Part shown: positions 23,026-35,711 of the stretch, piece by piece | How the letters are laid out: every line of letters starts with the position of its first letter | Position numbering within the stretch: the first letter of the stretch is position 1 | NCBI GenBank assembly: GCA_002269645.1 | Contig: NIVC01002856.1 | Coordinates: 1-64,000 of the forward strand | Direction: 5' to 3' | Length of the DNA stretch: 64,000 nucleotides | Source of the DNA: Macrostomum lignano | Taxonomy: Eukaryota | The notes under the pieces: generated by a model | The model's input: the letters and a program-made list of their open reading frames with translations, nothing else | The model's database searches: none | What the model was told of the DNA's origin: nothing | Made by a program: the position numbers and the translations under genes

Positions 23026-24023
23026 TGTTGTTTTGAAATTTAAAAATCTATAGTCGAAATTTTTCCAAATCTCAATGAAACATTCTTAATAAAGGGTAAT
23101 AAATCAACTTGACTGCATCAACACCTGGGGAGATAAGAAACTTTCAGAGAAAGCTTCACCTGCATGGTGAGTCAACTCATTTTTGTATAAATTTACATCA
23201 TTTCGAATCAGCACACGGGCGGAATTTTAAATTGAATGATCGCTAGACTAACGCCTGTGTACGCAAGAGCTCAAGGATGCACTAAAACTACTAAACCATA
23301 CGATTAAGTTAATCCTCCGCTGGCTTAGACACTACGGCAGAATGCAGTCGAAATCGATTTTGTTTGCTCATATAGTCACGCATCCTGAAGAGGATGAGGC
23401 GATAACGAAGGGGATTCCTTTAAGTGGCCACCGCAGGCTTTGTTTGGAGCCGGTGCGACCGCGCGAGTGCGACACCCCTGCGAGTTGTTTACACAGACCA
23501 AATAAAATGAGAAATGGGGGACTCACTTTAGCACCAGAGCTGGCTGCGATGGATAGCAAACACTTTCCGTGTTGAAATTCCAAATGAAAGGTGACGAAAT
23601 GCATTTTTCACTTCATGACCAAGGCCAATTTTGATGTTTAGTCCACTCAGAAAATGCCACTCAGATGAAACTGTATAATTTATAACCATTATTTTGAACT
23701 TCTGATCTTTCCGAGCAAGCTACCGTAATTCCGTGACTTTAAATGATCGAGCTGAACTCTTGTTACAAAATTATAGCAGAAAAATTCCTGATAAATGTAT
23801 TCAAAACTTTGACTGAGCCGGAATGAATGCGTCTCAAATCATAAACTTAACGGCGCTTGAAAAGAGAAAGCCGCGATCCAGATTTTATTGGTCGTCTAAC
23901 AAGCCTTTCATATTGAATGCAAATTGCAGTAGATGCAATTTTATCATGGCCACAAGTAATGAAAGAGAGAGCAGATGGTCGAGAATAAATAGGTAAAAAC
24001 ACAAGAGTGAACTCAAAGACTTG

Positions 24024-26317
24024 TCAGATTGTTGACCAGTCGCCTTCATAGTCTCGTGTCGCTGACAGATTGGCATGGAAGGGCACTGGCGGCTGGCCAA
24101 GACGTCGCATTCCAGACGCCTTGGGTCGGAGCAGGCCGCTCTCCCGGTCAAATACATAACTGATTTCGTCCGGTCGCTCAACGCGGCTACTTCTGTCCAT
24201 GACCAGAAGCGAGCGCAAAGCGTCAATCCTACCGTAGCTGCTGTGTTGATTTTTGAAGCTCTGCACGTCCTCGGCGTTGTTTGCATCGATTTTTGCCGCC
24301 CCATCTTGATGCCAAAGTCGGTGGTGGTCATCGTCCCACTCCCAGTGATAGTTTTTCGGATCCCATTCAAACTGGGGCAGATTCTTTTCTTCTCGGGTCT
24401 CCAACAGAGAGCGGAACTCGGCATCGCATAGATAGGCATTGTCGCCGATGTTCGGTAGCTTAAAAATCTGCAATAATACTTTTCGTATGCTCATGTAGCC
24501 TTTGAAGAGGGCAGACTGGTTGTTTGCTAGCTCGAAGTTGAGAGTTTGAGCATCGTCCTGACTGCGCATGACTGCTCGCAGATCGCGAGTCCGCTTGTGC
24601 AGCTGCTCCATGATCTGCTTGATGTCAGGTATCTCTTTGCTGTGCAGGCCCGCTATCATTTTGAACGTCTCTGATAGGCTGGTTGCCTCCGATGGGTCAC
24701 CCCACCAGGTTTTCTTCATCTGGCTCACTAGGTTCCAGCGGGCATTTTCGTCAGCCTGATCGCCGAGCAGATCAGTGAGATGATCGTCTGTCCAGGGCAG
24801 GTCGTCGTACAGAAATGAGATCACCAGATAGAACCAGCTCTCAATGTCCTGTGCGTAGTTTGTCTTTGCACCGCTGTAGGTGTCTATCGAGATAAACTTG
24901 CGCGAACCCATCCACTCAGGGGGACGGTTGTTTGACACCTGGGTGAATGGAATTTTTTTAGTACAAATTTTAAAGGGTTAAAAGCCCTTAAGAGTTGGCT
25001 TTGCCTTTGGCTTTGTTGGCTTAAGAGTTTACACCTTAAAATAACAATTAAGTCCTCGAATTGCACTGTTGTCACTACGCACGTATGAGATGCTTTTTTT
25101 AAATAAAAAATTTCTAATCGGAAGTAGAATACTTCCGACATTTTAATTTTCATTAAACTTCACTATTTAAGTTTCAGAAACATCAGACTTCTCGAGCTGA
25201 CAAAACCTCGTGCGAGTATCATGTTGATTAGACCTCATAAAAGTACAGTAAACTTCAATAAGAGCCTTACCTGCTTGGCAAATCCAAAATCTAGCAGGTA
25301 GACAACATTCATGGCGCGACCATTGCCTAGTGCAATGTTGTCCGGCTTGATGTCGTGATGCACGAAGCCGCTCCTGTGCAGCACCAGCAGCCTGCAGAGA
25401 ATTTGATCAGCCAACATGAACGCGGTGCGAACATTAAAGAATGTTCTCATGCCGACTTCTGAGAACCACGGCTCGTAGAAGTAGCGAATATCGTCGATAG
25501 ACGGGCCAACCAGTTCCATGGACATGTAAGAGATTTTTGTGACGTTCTCCAGGTTCCGATTGTGCACGTCGGTGAAGAACTTTACTTCTTCTCCTTCAAT
25601 ATTCAAGTAAGTGAAGATGTTGCGGTACTTTGAGTTAACTCCGAACTGTCCTTTGTCACCGACATAGTCAAAGTCGAACACCGCCGGAAATCCGTGCATG
25701 ATGCGGAAGCTCTTGCGCCAGAGTGCATCGAGCACAATGAATTCGCGACGTAGAAATAAGAAGAAGCGCGTGGCGCCATCCTCCAGGTGAGTTTGCTGCA
25801 GAATCTCATACTTGATGGCCACGATGTCCAGCAGGCTGGTGTCCCGGTTGGGATCCTTAAGCTTTTCCTGCATCTCCGGGCGCACTCTGCGCTGAGAAGC
25901 CATGGTGCTAATAAAGTTCGGATGATACATCTGGCGATTCTTTGTCAGCTTTTGCTTGCTGTTGTAGAGGCGCGTTGTGACCTAAAGCAGGTTTTTGTGT
26001 AGGTTAGCCCGGACACATTGTTTTACTCTTGACACCATAGCAAAGTAAGAGTAATAATTATTTTTTAATAAACTAAGCTACAAAAAAGTGACTCAAAATT
26101 GCTTGTGGCCTGTTCTCACCTGGAAGACGCTTCCATACGCTCCCGAGCCAAGGACAAACAGGCTGTCCGCAATGTACTTGCTCTTCCAGTTCTCACACTT
26201 TGCACTCTCTTCTCGGAATAGGGTTAACATTTTGCGCATTTGGTTCTCCTGTGCCTGGGCCGCTACAGTCATTGTGCTGGCCGTCTTGCTGGCCTGCTGG
26301 CCGGCTGCTGCTGGCAT
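24024..26317 (-). CDS. Divergent casein kinase 1 (CK1/TTBK)-family Ser/Thr kinase, about 607 aa, 3 exons
   Basis: Exons 26317-26120, 25981-25271, 24938-24024, all phase 0 with GT-AG introns. Motifs: LGSGAYGSV, VAIKYE, MELVGPSIDDI, MLADQIL, HHDIKPDN, VYLLDFGFAK, GSRKFISID, DIESWFY, DLPW. Confidence 0.88.
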
Positions 26318-29039
26318 TATGCGAGCTCTGAATCTACTCTGAAGGCTTGCAAAATTCTACTCGTTTGACTACAGCTTGTCAAAGTTTTGTTGACTGTTTT
26401 GTTGCATGTTAGTTAGACCTCGAATCCCTGCATGTCTTGCATTATGTCTATGGCAAACCTTATACTCTGAGTCACAGAAGGGAATCAGTGCCCGTTCTGA
26501 AAGGCCCTCACTCGAGCATACGCTCGGGATTTTGAAGTCTGAACTTTTTAATCCAGAAAGCAAGAAGTGTACAGTTTGACGTACTTTCTATTATTAGGCA
26601 TTTCAGTAGAAAGTTAAAATAAATATAAAGCGAAATTAGCTTTCAGCTACTTCCAGTAGTATGTTCAGTCTTCTTTCAAACCTGTTGGTCACTACGAGCT
26701 ATTTCTAATGTACCGAATGGTAGAAATTTCTGTTCACTTCAACCACAGTCTTTTCAAGTGAATTTTGTTCTCATTTTTGGAACAAAAAACAATCACCTGC
26801 TTTGGTTCCCACCTGGCTGTTCAAGCTTTCTAAAACGCGTGAACCGATGGGTTGTATTACGACTATTCTTCAAGGAAAACCACATTACTCCTTATAATGC
26901 TGCTCAGTGAATATTTCCGTTTGTCAGGAATTCCGGAAGAAAATATGGAAATAAATGCAATGAATAATCACTATATTTTTACACCAGCTGAATCTGGTGA
27001 AAAGTGGACACCCCGACTGACGAACTGACTATTCGAGACATTGTTCCTGCAGAAAGACTATAGCCGAAGTATGATACCAGGACGAAACTGCATGGTTGTA
27101 AATGAAACGTCAAATATTTCTGCCCTTCAGAGCAGATGCAAACAAAAAATTTGCTCTAATTAGCAAATTCCACAGTAAAATTGGTTTGCTGGAGCTTCCT
27201 TTCGTATTGCGCTAAGACTGTTGCTGGGTCAAGGCGCAACTGCCGCAGAAGTTGTGAAGGAACGGGGCAACACACTGTTCACTTCGCACACTAAGCTGCT
27301 AATTTACTGTAAAACTTTCCATTATTTTAAAGAAACTATTCTCTATTCTAGGATCAAAGGATATACTCGAATCTCTCCCTCTCTGTTTCCCCTTTTTCCT
27401 CTTCGTCTTCGCTTCGACTAATCCCGCTTGGGAAATCAAGGCCGGAACAGCATTGGGGATAAAAGGACAGAAAGCCTGTGCAGTTTGCAGATGCAGCCTG
27501 ATATACGAGCGACTTTATAAGGAAGAAAGATGGCTCTGAGAGAATGGCAAAGCGCTTGGAATAGGGAGAAATTCCCTGGCTAATGTGGCATTGAGTTTGA
27601 CAGGGTCGGAACTTATTAGGACCCAGCGTCCAGGGCTTGGAGGCTTGCAGTGCTTCATTGCTTGCCGATCGTCTCAAAAAGGTGATTGATGGACTTTCGC
27701 GGACTTGGATCAAATCGCTATAACTCAATTTTACGAGCAAAGCTGAAAAATTACAAATAATTGTGGTAAAAAACATTATTTGAGAATTTATGCTCAAATA
27801 GAGGCTCTTTCAAGTCAGAAAAAATTCACGAAAAAACTGCAAGAATAAGTAATGGATTCGCAGTGTCAGGCGGATGTCAAGATCCTGCGGAGCAATCTTG
27901 TGATTTAAGATCATTCTTTATCAGCAAGCCGTTCTTTAAACGTCTGGTGCGGTGACCCGGCCTTAAAAGCTTATCCTTGTCGAGCTTTTGATAAGGCACT
28001 GCAGCAACCAGTGTTCGCAAACCTGCTAAATCACTCCTCTGGAACATGTACAAAGAAAGGACAGCACATTTCCGGCTTGATGCTGCTCCTCAGTGCTGGA
28101 AAAGGCATCTAAGAAACATGATTATGAAGTTGGAAAATTAAAAGGAACTTTCTTTTTGAAAAGATTTTCCTCACGCATTTATTTAATTGAAACATATGGG
28201 AAATTTATTTGGAAACGGCAAGATTTAACAATTTTCAATTAGATTTCAAATCGATGACTTTAAAAATAAATATATACTCAGCAACATCGAAAAGTCGCCA
28301 TCACAGAATATTCTGTCTGTGAATCTTTGCCAGTGACGCAACTTACTCGTAGCTACGCCGCGGCAGACTTGAGTTGAGGAATGAAGTGGGGGGGGGAGCG
28401 GTGTGCGAGGGTGGGACGGATTAAAGCTACCAATCAGTTTTCTCGTATCTTTTATTTCAGAACAGTCCAAGAGAAATCGCTCACATGGCGTTTAGAGTGG
28501 CGACTTTTCTATGTTGCTGAGTATACGAGTATGCTCGGTTCTTCGATAAAAGCGAGCTCTCTCTCTCTACCTCTCTCTCGCCTGCAGACCAAGAATTACG
28601 AGCTATGATGAAGTTCACTTGTTTTTGTAACACTGAATTCACTTCAGAATTGCAAAATAGGCCAGCACACCTTTTGTCTTCAGGTCGATTCAGAATTTTA
28701 TCAGAAGTCGATTCAAGACATTTTTTTTAAAAAATGCAAAACTGGAAAGCAAGAAAAGTTGCTCGTATCTGTTTGATGTCAGTTTTTTTCTGTCTTTAAA
28801 CGTTAATTTTCGAAATTCACAGTTCAGAAGTTCAGCAGCTGATAAAGTTATTTACTATTTAGTGCTAGTATACAAAATATTGCATAAGAGGATGCGAACA
28901 TAAGGGAGCATTCGAAGTTCAATCAGTTTAAAAAACTGAACCAATGCTAAAACCTTGTTTTTAGGAGTTAGAATGAGAGTTCTATTTTACACATTTATCC
29001 CCATTCGGGGAAGCCCCTTAATGGATTCATCAGCATCAC

Positions 29040-30953
29040 TCAGCACCAATCACAGCATCAATCACAGCATCAATCACAGCATCAATCACAGCATCAATCA
29101 CAGCATCAATCACAGCATCAATTACAGCATCAATCACAACATCAATCACAGCATCAATCACAGCATCAATCACAGCATCAATCACAGCATCAATCACAGC
29201 ACCAATAACAGCATCAATCACAGCATCAATCACAGCACCAATAACAGCATCAATCACAGCATCAATAACAGCATCAATCACAGCATCAATCACAGCATCA
29301 ATCACAGCATCAATCACAGCATCAATCAAAGCATCAATCAAAATATCAATCAAAGCATCAATCACAGCATTAATCACAGCATCAATCACAGCACCAATAA
29401 CAGCATCAATCACAGCACCAATAACAGCATCAATCACAGCATCAATCACAGCATCAATTACAGCATCAATAACAGCACCAATAACAGCATCAATCACAGC
29501 ATCAATCACAGCACCAATAACAGCATCAATCACAGCATCAATCACAGCATCAATTACAGCATCAATAACAGCATCAATCACAGCATCAATCACAGCATCA
29601 ATCACAGCATCAATCACAGCATCAATCAAAGCATCAATCAAAATATCAATCAAAGCATCAATCACAGCATTAATCACAGCATCAATCACAGCACCAATAA
29701 CAGCATCAATCACAGCACCAATAACAGCATCAATCACAGCATCAATCACAGCATCAATTACAGCATCAATAACAGCACCAATAACAGCATCAATCACAGC
29801 GTCAATCACAGCGTCAATCACAGCATCAATCACAGCATCAATCACAGCATCAATCACAGCACCAATAACAGCATCAATCACAGCATCAATCACAGCACCA
29901 ATAACAGCATCAATCACAGCATCAATCACAGCATCAATCACAGCATCAATCACAGCATCAATCAAAGCATCAATCAAAATATCAATCAAAGCATCAATCA
30001 CAGCATTAATCACAGCATCAATCACAGCACCAATAACAGCATCAATCACAGCACCAATAACAGCATCAATCACAGCATCAATCACAGCATCAATTACAGC
30101 ATCAATAACAGCACCAATAACAGCATCAATCACAGCATCAATCACAGCATCAATTACAGCATCAATAACAGCATCAATCACAGCATCAATCAAAGCATCA
30201 ATCAAAGTATCAATCAAAGCATCAATCACAGCATTAATCACAGCATCAATCACAGCATCAATCACAGCATCAATCACAGCATCAATCGCAGCACCAATAA
30301 CAGCATCAATCACAGCATCAATCACAGCATCAATCATAGCATCAATCACAGCATCAATTACAGCATCAATCACAGCATCAATCACAGCATCAATCACAGC
30401 ATCAATCAGAGTATCAATCACAACATCAATCAGAGCATCAATCACAACATCAATCACAGCATCAACCACAACATCAATCAGGGTATCAATCACAACATCA
30501 ATCACAGAATCAGTCATCAATCAAAGCATCAATCATCTATCAAAGCATCAATCATCAATCAAAGCATCAATCACAGCATCAATCACAGCATCAATCATCA
30601 ATCAAAGCATCAATCATCAATCAAAGCATTAATCACAGCATCAATCATCAATCAAAGCATCAATCACAGCACCAATCATCAATCAAAGCATCAATCATCA
30701 ATCAAAGCGTCAGTCAAAGCATCAATCATCAATCAAAGCGTCAATCACAGCATCAATCATCAATCAAAGCATCAATCATCAATCAAAGCGTCAATCACAG
30801 CATCAATCATCAATCAAAGCATCAATCATCAATCAAAGCGTCAATCACAGCATCAATCATCAATCAAAGCATCAATCATCAATCAAAGCGTCAATCACAG
30901 CATCAATCATCAATCAAAGCGTCAATCACAGCATCAATCATCAATCAAAGCAT
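29040..30953. repeat. 12-bp minisatellite (ATCAATCACAGC) with higher-order blocks, changing to a roughly 50-bp compound unit at the right end
   Basis: Directly visible; the marker variant CAAAATATC recurs at 29339, 29639 and 29975. Confidence 0.96.
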
Positions 30954-33136
30954 CCGCCGGGTGGAGACTGGAGAGGCCAGAGCGACTCGAACTGAAGCTG
31001 ACCTGGACGAGCAAGTGCAAATAGCGGCCTCCTCTGCGCCAGCGTTCGCCAGCACCAGAGCCGACGCGGGCCTGTTGTCCAAAGGTATCCACTCCGCCCC
31101 GTTCCTGCTGCCTGTGGCATCCTCTCCCGCTTCATCCAGACTGCCCCGGAATCCGCCGCCAAAGTTGCTTAAAAGCCGCTCGCTGACTTCTGCGTCGTCT
31201 ACGGCGCTGTCTGCAGACGAGGGACCGCCTACCAGCCGTCGACTGTTTCGAGATCGCTTGAAGTTGCCAGCTTTCTCCTCGTCGTTGTCTTCATCGTCAT
31301 GGTCTTCAGCCTCGCCGTCGTCAGTTCGGCGTACGAGGGACAGGGCAAAGAGGGCGCAGCCTGCGGGAACCTGAACCGAAGCAGCGAGGAGATATCGGCG
31401 ATAATCTTAGGGACAACTGGAACAACCATCGAGACGAGAAACAAGAAAGTTGTGACAAAAACTTTGGGGTTTGTTCAAAGTCAACTAAATATCTCAGGGC
31501 CTAAGGAAAAACTTAAGGGCAGGGCTTCTACGGTCTCATAATGCCTCATATTATGCCTCAGAAGTTATGTACTCCTACACTGTGACTTCCGAGTCTACTG
31601 TGGCTTACTTAATTTTTTGCCCTTTATATGAAATTATACTCTGTATGTTCTAGCTTCAATAGCAGTTACAGATGGTTTCGCTAAATTTCTGGTCCTGAGC
31701 AGCGAATACCCAGTGTACGGTAAAGCTACGGCTCTTATATATAGAATTTCAACCACGGGCTGTCTGTCTGGTTCACTCTGGAAGTTTTGGCTCTACGAAA
31801 CGTCTTTGGTTGAACAACGTGGACATCGCTGTCGTGACACAAATAAGCTACTCGTGTTGGCCGAACAACATTTCGACGTACGCCGTCGCTGGCAAATAGG
31901 TTCTCTTCACTATACACTGACGGTTGACCATGTTACAAGTCGATTGAATTAAGGCAAATTAGCTACTTAGTTCAGCATTACGAGCTAGTTCGGGGATCAA
32001 CAAACACGGCGCATGGTTTTATATATGCTTCGGCAAGCAACGCAATAGCCAATATACGGTGTGAACTACTGAAGTAAGCGCTGACAGCGTTAATGCCGGC
32101 TAGGCAAGGCTGGCAGTCTAGCGCCATAAAGTGGTGAAACAGTTTCCTTCAATGCGCAATCTTTACAGAGCATCCTTGAAGGTGTGATAAAGCCGGCACT
32201 GTTTTATTGACTAGCGAGCCCCGGATGTAGCAAATGCAAACCACTACATCCAGAAATCCACCCGGTAGCTACCGATATCTCAGAAAAGTACATACGAGTG
32301 TATTGAACTATATGCTATCCGCTTCGAGCGGAGGCTTTTGAGGCAGGTATTTTCTTTTGTTATGGTTTAGAGATCCACTAAGAGTACGATTACTAGCTTA
32401 AGAGTACAAGTGAACAAACCTGAGAAAGCTTCGGAGGTAAAAAATGATTTAAAACGGTAGATGAGTTTATAGGTTCGATTTTTTGTAGACTGACAGCCAG
32501 AATTTCGGAAGGTCCTATCACGAAAGTCTAGACGCTTCCTTAGAATGTCAGGGGCATTGCATGGTTACTAAAGTACCCAAAATATTCTTAAAAAAACTGG
32601 AACGGACTGGCAGAGCTCACCTGTACAGCCTGGGTGCAGAGTCCGAGCGCCAGCAGAGCTGTTCGCCTATCGACGCCGCTGCATCGTTCCACAACATCGC
32701 CGCCGCTCTCGCTAGTCGAGGCAAGCCGTCTCAGGTCGGCTTCCAGTGCGAGACCAACGGCGGAGACTCCGGCCGCCATGACCGCCAGGAGCGCTGCCAG
32801 CAGGCCGAGCACGCCAGTCAGCGCCGAGGTGGTGCATCCGCTCCCATCTTCGTCGTCGCCATCGCCGTCCTGGCCGATGTCAGAATCAGTGCGGCCGCGG
32901 CAACCGCGGCAACGTCGCAAGGTCAGCGCCAGTAGACCGCAGGCCGCCTGGAAGCCGCCAGTCCAGGCGCCGACGGCAAGAAAATCGGCAAAACAGCCGT
33001 CGAAACGGCAGGCCAGGGCGGCGGCCACCGAGCAGCAGCTGGCGCTCAGCTGGACCATCGCCGCGGCCCGCGCCACCTTCTCTCGCCTGCGCTGCTGACG
33101 GCGCCGCTCTGCTGACTGCCAACTTCGCAGACACAT
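30945..33136 (-). CDS. Four-transmembrane protein, MS4A/CD20-like topology, about 313 aa, 2 exons
   Basis: Exon 33136-32621 (CAG|GTGAG donor) and exon 31370-30945 (TTCAG| acceptor) join in phase 0 and complete TM4 (ALLALGLCTQAVQ|VPAGCALFALSLV). TM2 AVGAWTGGFQAACGLL resembles the MS4A W-x-G motif. Acidic cytoplasmic tail. The 3' end is uncertain. Confidence 0.65.
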
Positions 33137-35711
33137 GAAGCGGCGGGCCTGTCTGGCTTTTAAGTCTTTTGAGCTTATCGACTAATTAAAATCTACGAAT
33201 CACTTAATGCTGGAGTGACTGAATGTGGCTTTGAACATATTTGGCATCATATACCTAAAACTCACACAATTTGGTTTTTGCAAAGGTCGGGTCTCCCCCC
33301 GGCTGTCTGTTATGCCCAAAATTTTTATGCATTCCTCACTTTATTTGCCCTGCATTTCAATGATTGGTTGACGGTCTGGTTGCTGTAAATGGTGAGAAGA
33401 GGCAAAATATATCACAATCAATTCTCGATACTTTTAGTAGAGTTTGCTGTGCATGAATCAACTAGCTCGCACGTCCCTCGGATTCTTTCTGTGGTAGCTG
33501 ATACATTAATTCGGCCATGATTTCGTTCGCTCTTCTCAAAAAATGGCAGAGTGCGTGTCTCGAGCGGTAGAAAAATCTTTGAATTTCTAATGCATTCTTA
33601 GCATTTCAATCTCTGAATCTGGGTCAATTTTTTGCCCCATGCTAAAATTATTGCCTTTCTTCGCTCAGGGAATGAGCTGCATGCTCCGGCTGATTCTCTC
33701 TGATTCTAATTCTGACATGTGAAGCAGTAGGTTCAAACAGACGGGGTGCGCTGGGCCCGCCCAGCTGTACAAGCTGCTAATACGCGGCTCTGTCTTTTCT
33801 CCCTCCCCCCGCCCTGAATCCTCTTCGCCTGAGTCTCCTGTATTTCTAAATCTTAGTCCGAATGACTTCGGGAGGGGCGGGCGCATTTTGAAGCAATTAC
33901 GCGAGCTATGGCTGTTCGCTCATGAGCGAGTGCTGCCAGTGCGGTACTCCGCAGCGTGCATGCCTCCTGCACTGCGGAGACGCCCTGCCGCGTAGAGCTT
34001 GCTGCAGTTCGCGAGGTCTCTCACCGACCTCCCTGCCCTGTTCAACCCCCCCCCTGCACCCCGCAGACACGCGCAAAGCAGTTCCACTGTGCTGAAAGCT
34101 GCTTGTGTGCCCTTGCACCCTATCGGCCACTTACAACTTCTCTCTCATCCGCCTTTCCCTGCCCAGCTCAGCCAAGCTCCCGCAACCCGTCAAGGAATCG
34201 AATTCCTCGCTTCTCCGAGCACTTTCCACTGATCCTGAAAAAATCACCCCTTCCCTCGTCTTGCTATCCCCTAGGGGAAAGACTCTAAGAGAGCTTCTCA
34301 AAGCATAGACTCGGTATAGGTTTGGAACTTGCGGTCTCACCAAGAAAAACAGATTTTTGCTACTTTCCTAAGTTCACGTGACCCCTTCGGCAGGTGCGGA
34401 TAATGAAGAATCATACGTCATTTTAACGTCATTTTTGCACAGCCAACACTTCTCTATTGGTAAGGCCTGAGTTTATATTCACCTGCTTGTTTAGTAGCTA
34501 GACAGAACCCTCCAATGGCAGATCAATTGGCCACCCCAGAATTTCAGGCTGAATTCACAATGAAGCTCAGATGCTGAATGCGGACTCGCTCTACGCACAG
34601 TTTCGAGTGTAAGTGTCTTGGATTCCATTGAGGCCTTACTGCCGATACCCTGCAATGTCTCTGTTAATGGCGCACACCTAAAACTGAGAATTGTTATTTA
34701 GTTCATGAATATTTCATTTCTACCAAGTATCAAAAGAAGCGCGAAGAAAGTGCGCACCGCCCAGATTGGAGTTTTGCTTTCTGCGTGCGTGGCTTGCAAC
34801 CTGGCGACCGGGGGCGCTGCATTAAGCATTTATACGAATTCAATCTTTCCATTTAACTCTTCCTTTTGCCATACTAATTGCTGATTATTGCAGAGAAAGC
34901 CAGCGATTTCAAAGCACATTTCTTCCGAGTGTGAGCTTAAATGTTTTGATTTTTTATGAAAAACTGCGTCACTGAACACTTCGATTTCTCGGTGAGACCA
35001 CCTGAATACTTTCGCAGACCAAGGGTTAGTCTATTAGACATGCGTTTCCGTTTGTAGCTTGACTACATTTTGCTTCGATAAAACCCAGAAATTGCTTCCT
35101 GAAACATCTCTTGGGACAGTCGATTACCGTCAAATTGTGGTTCAATGTGTCTTTCTTCCTGAATCAGCATCCAGCTGCATCAAGCTGCGATCACAATGGA
35201 CTGAGTTCAAAATCACTCCCGTTTTCATTTCCCATCTGATTTCCCGAGTCAGAGGGTCGGTCTACGCCAGGATCATGGGCTGGCCCACCTCCTATCCACT
35301 TATTTCCCTCCCCCCTCACGCGCTGATCTGGGATTCACAGCTCGTATTCGCCTGCGTGTGCGTCAGATCCTGCGGCTAGCTAAGGGAAGGCGCCGTCATT
35401 GGTGGCCATCCCATGCAGCAGCTTCTTCCCCAGTCCTTGCTGCAGCTGCCATGGTTTATTAACACTTTCTTCCAGTATTCTTATCTTCACCCAGGCCAGT
35501 GCATGGTCAATTGCAGGGTCAAATCATACATTCAGCATCCTTTCCTTCATCGAGACCATATCACTGCTCCAACACACGATAGGAAGGACTGCCTAAGCAA
35601 CTGGGGCTTCGCACATTAAGGCAGAATAAAACCGTGAGTGCACGCAAGCAAAAGGTGCTGGCTGTTGAATTTTGATTGAAAGAAGCTGAAAGTGCTGCCT
35701 TGAGTGGGCAC

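Noticed and set aside
28955-31024. 689-aa (SINH)n and 494-aa (VIDA)n ORFs
   Set aside because: They are translations of the 12-bp array with no unique domain.
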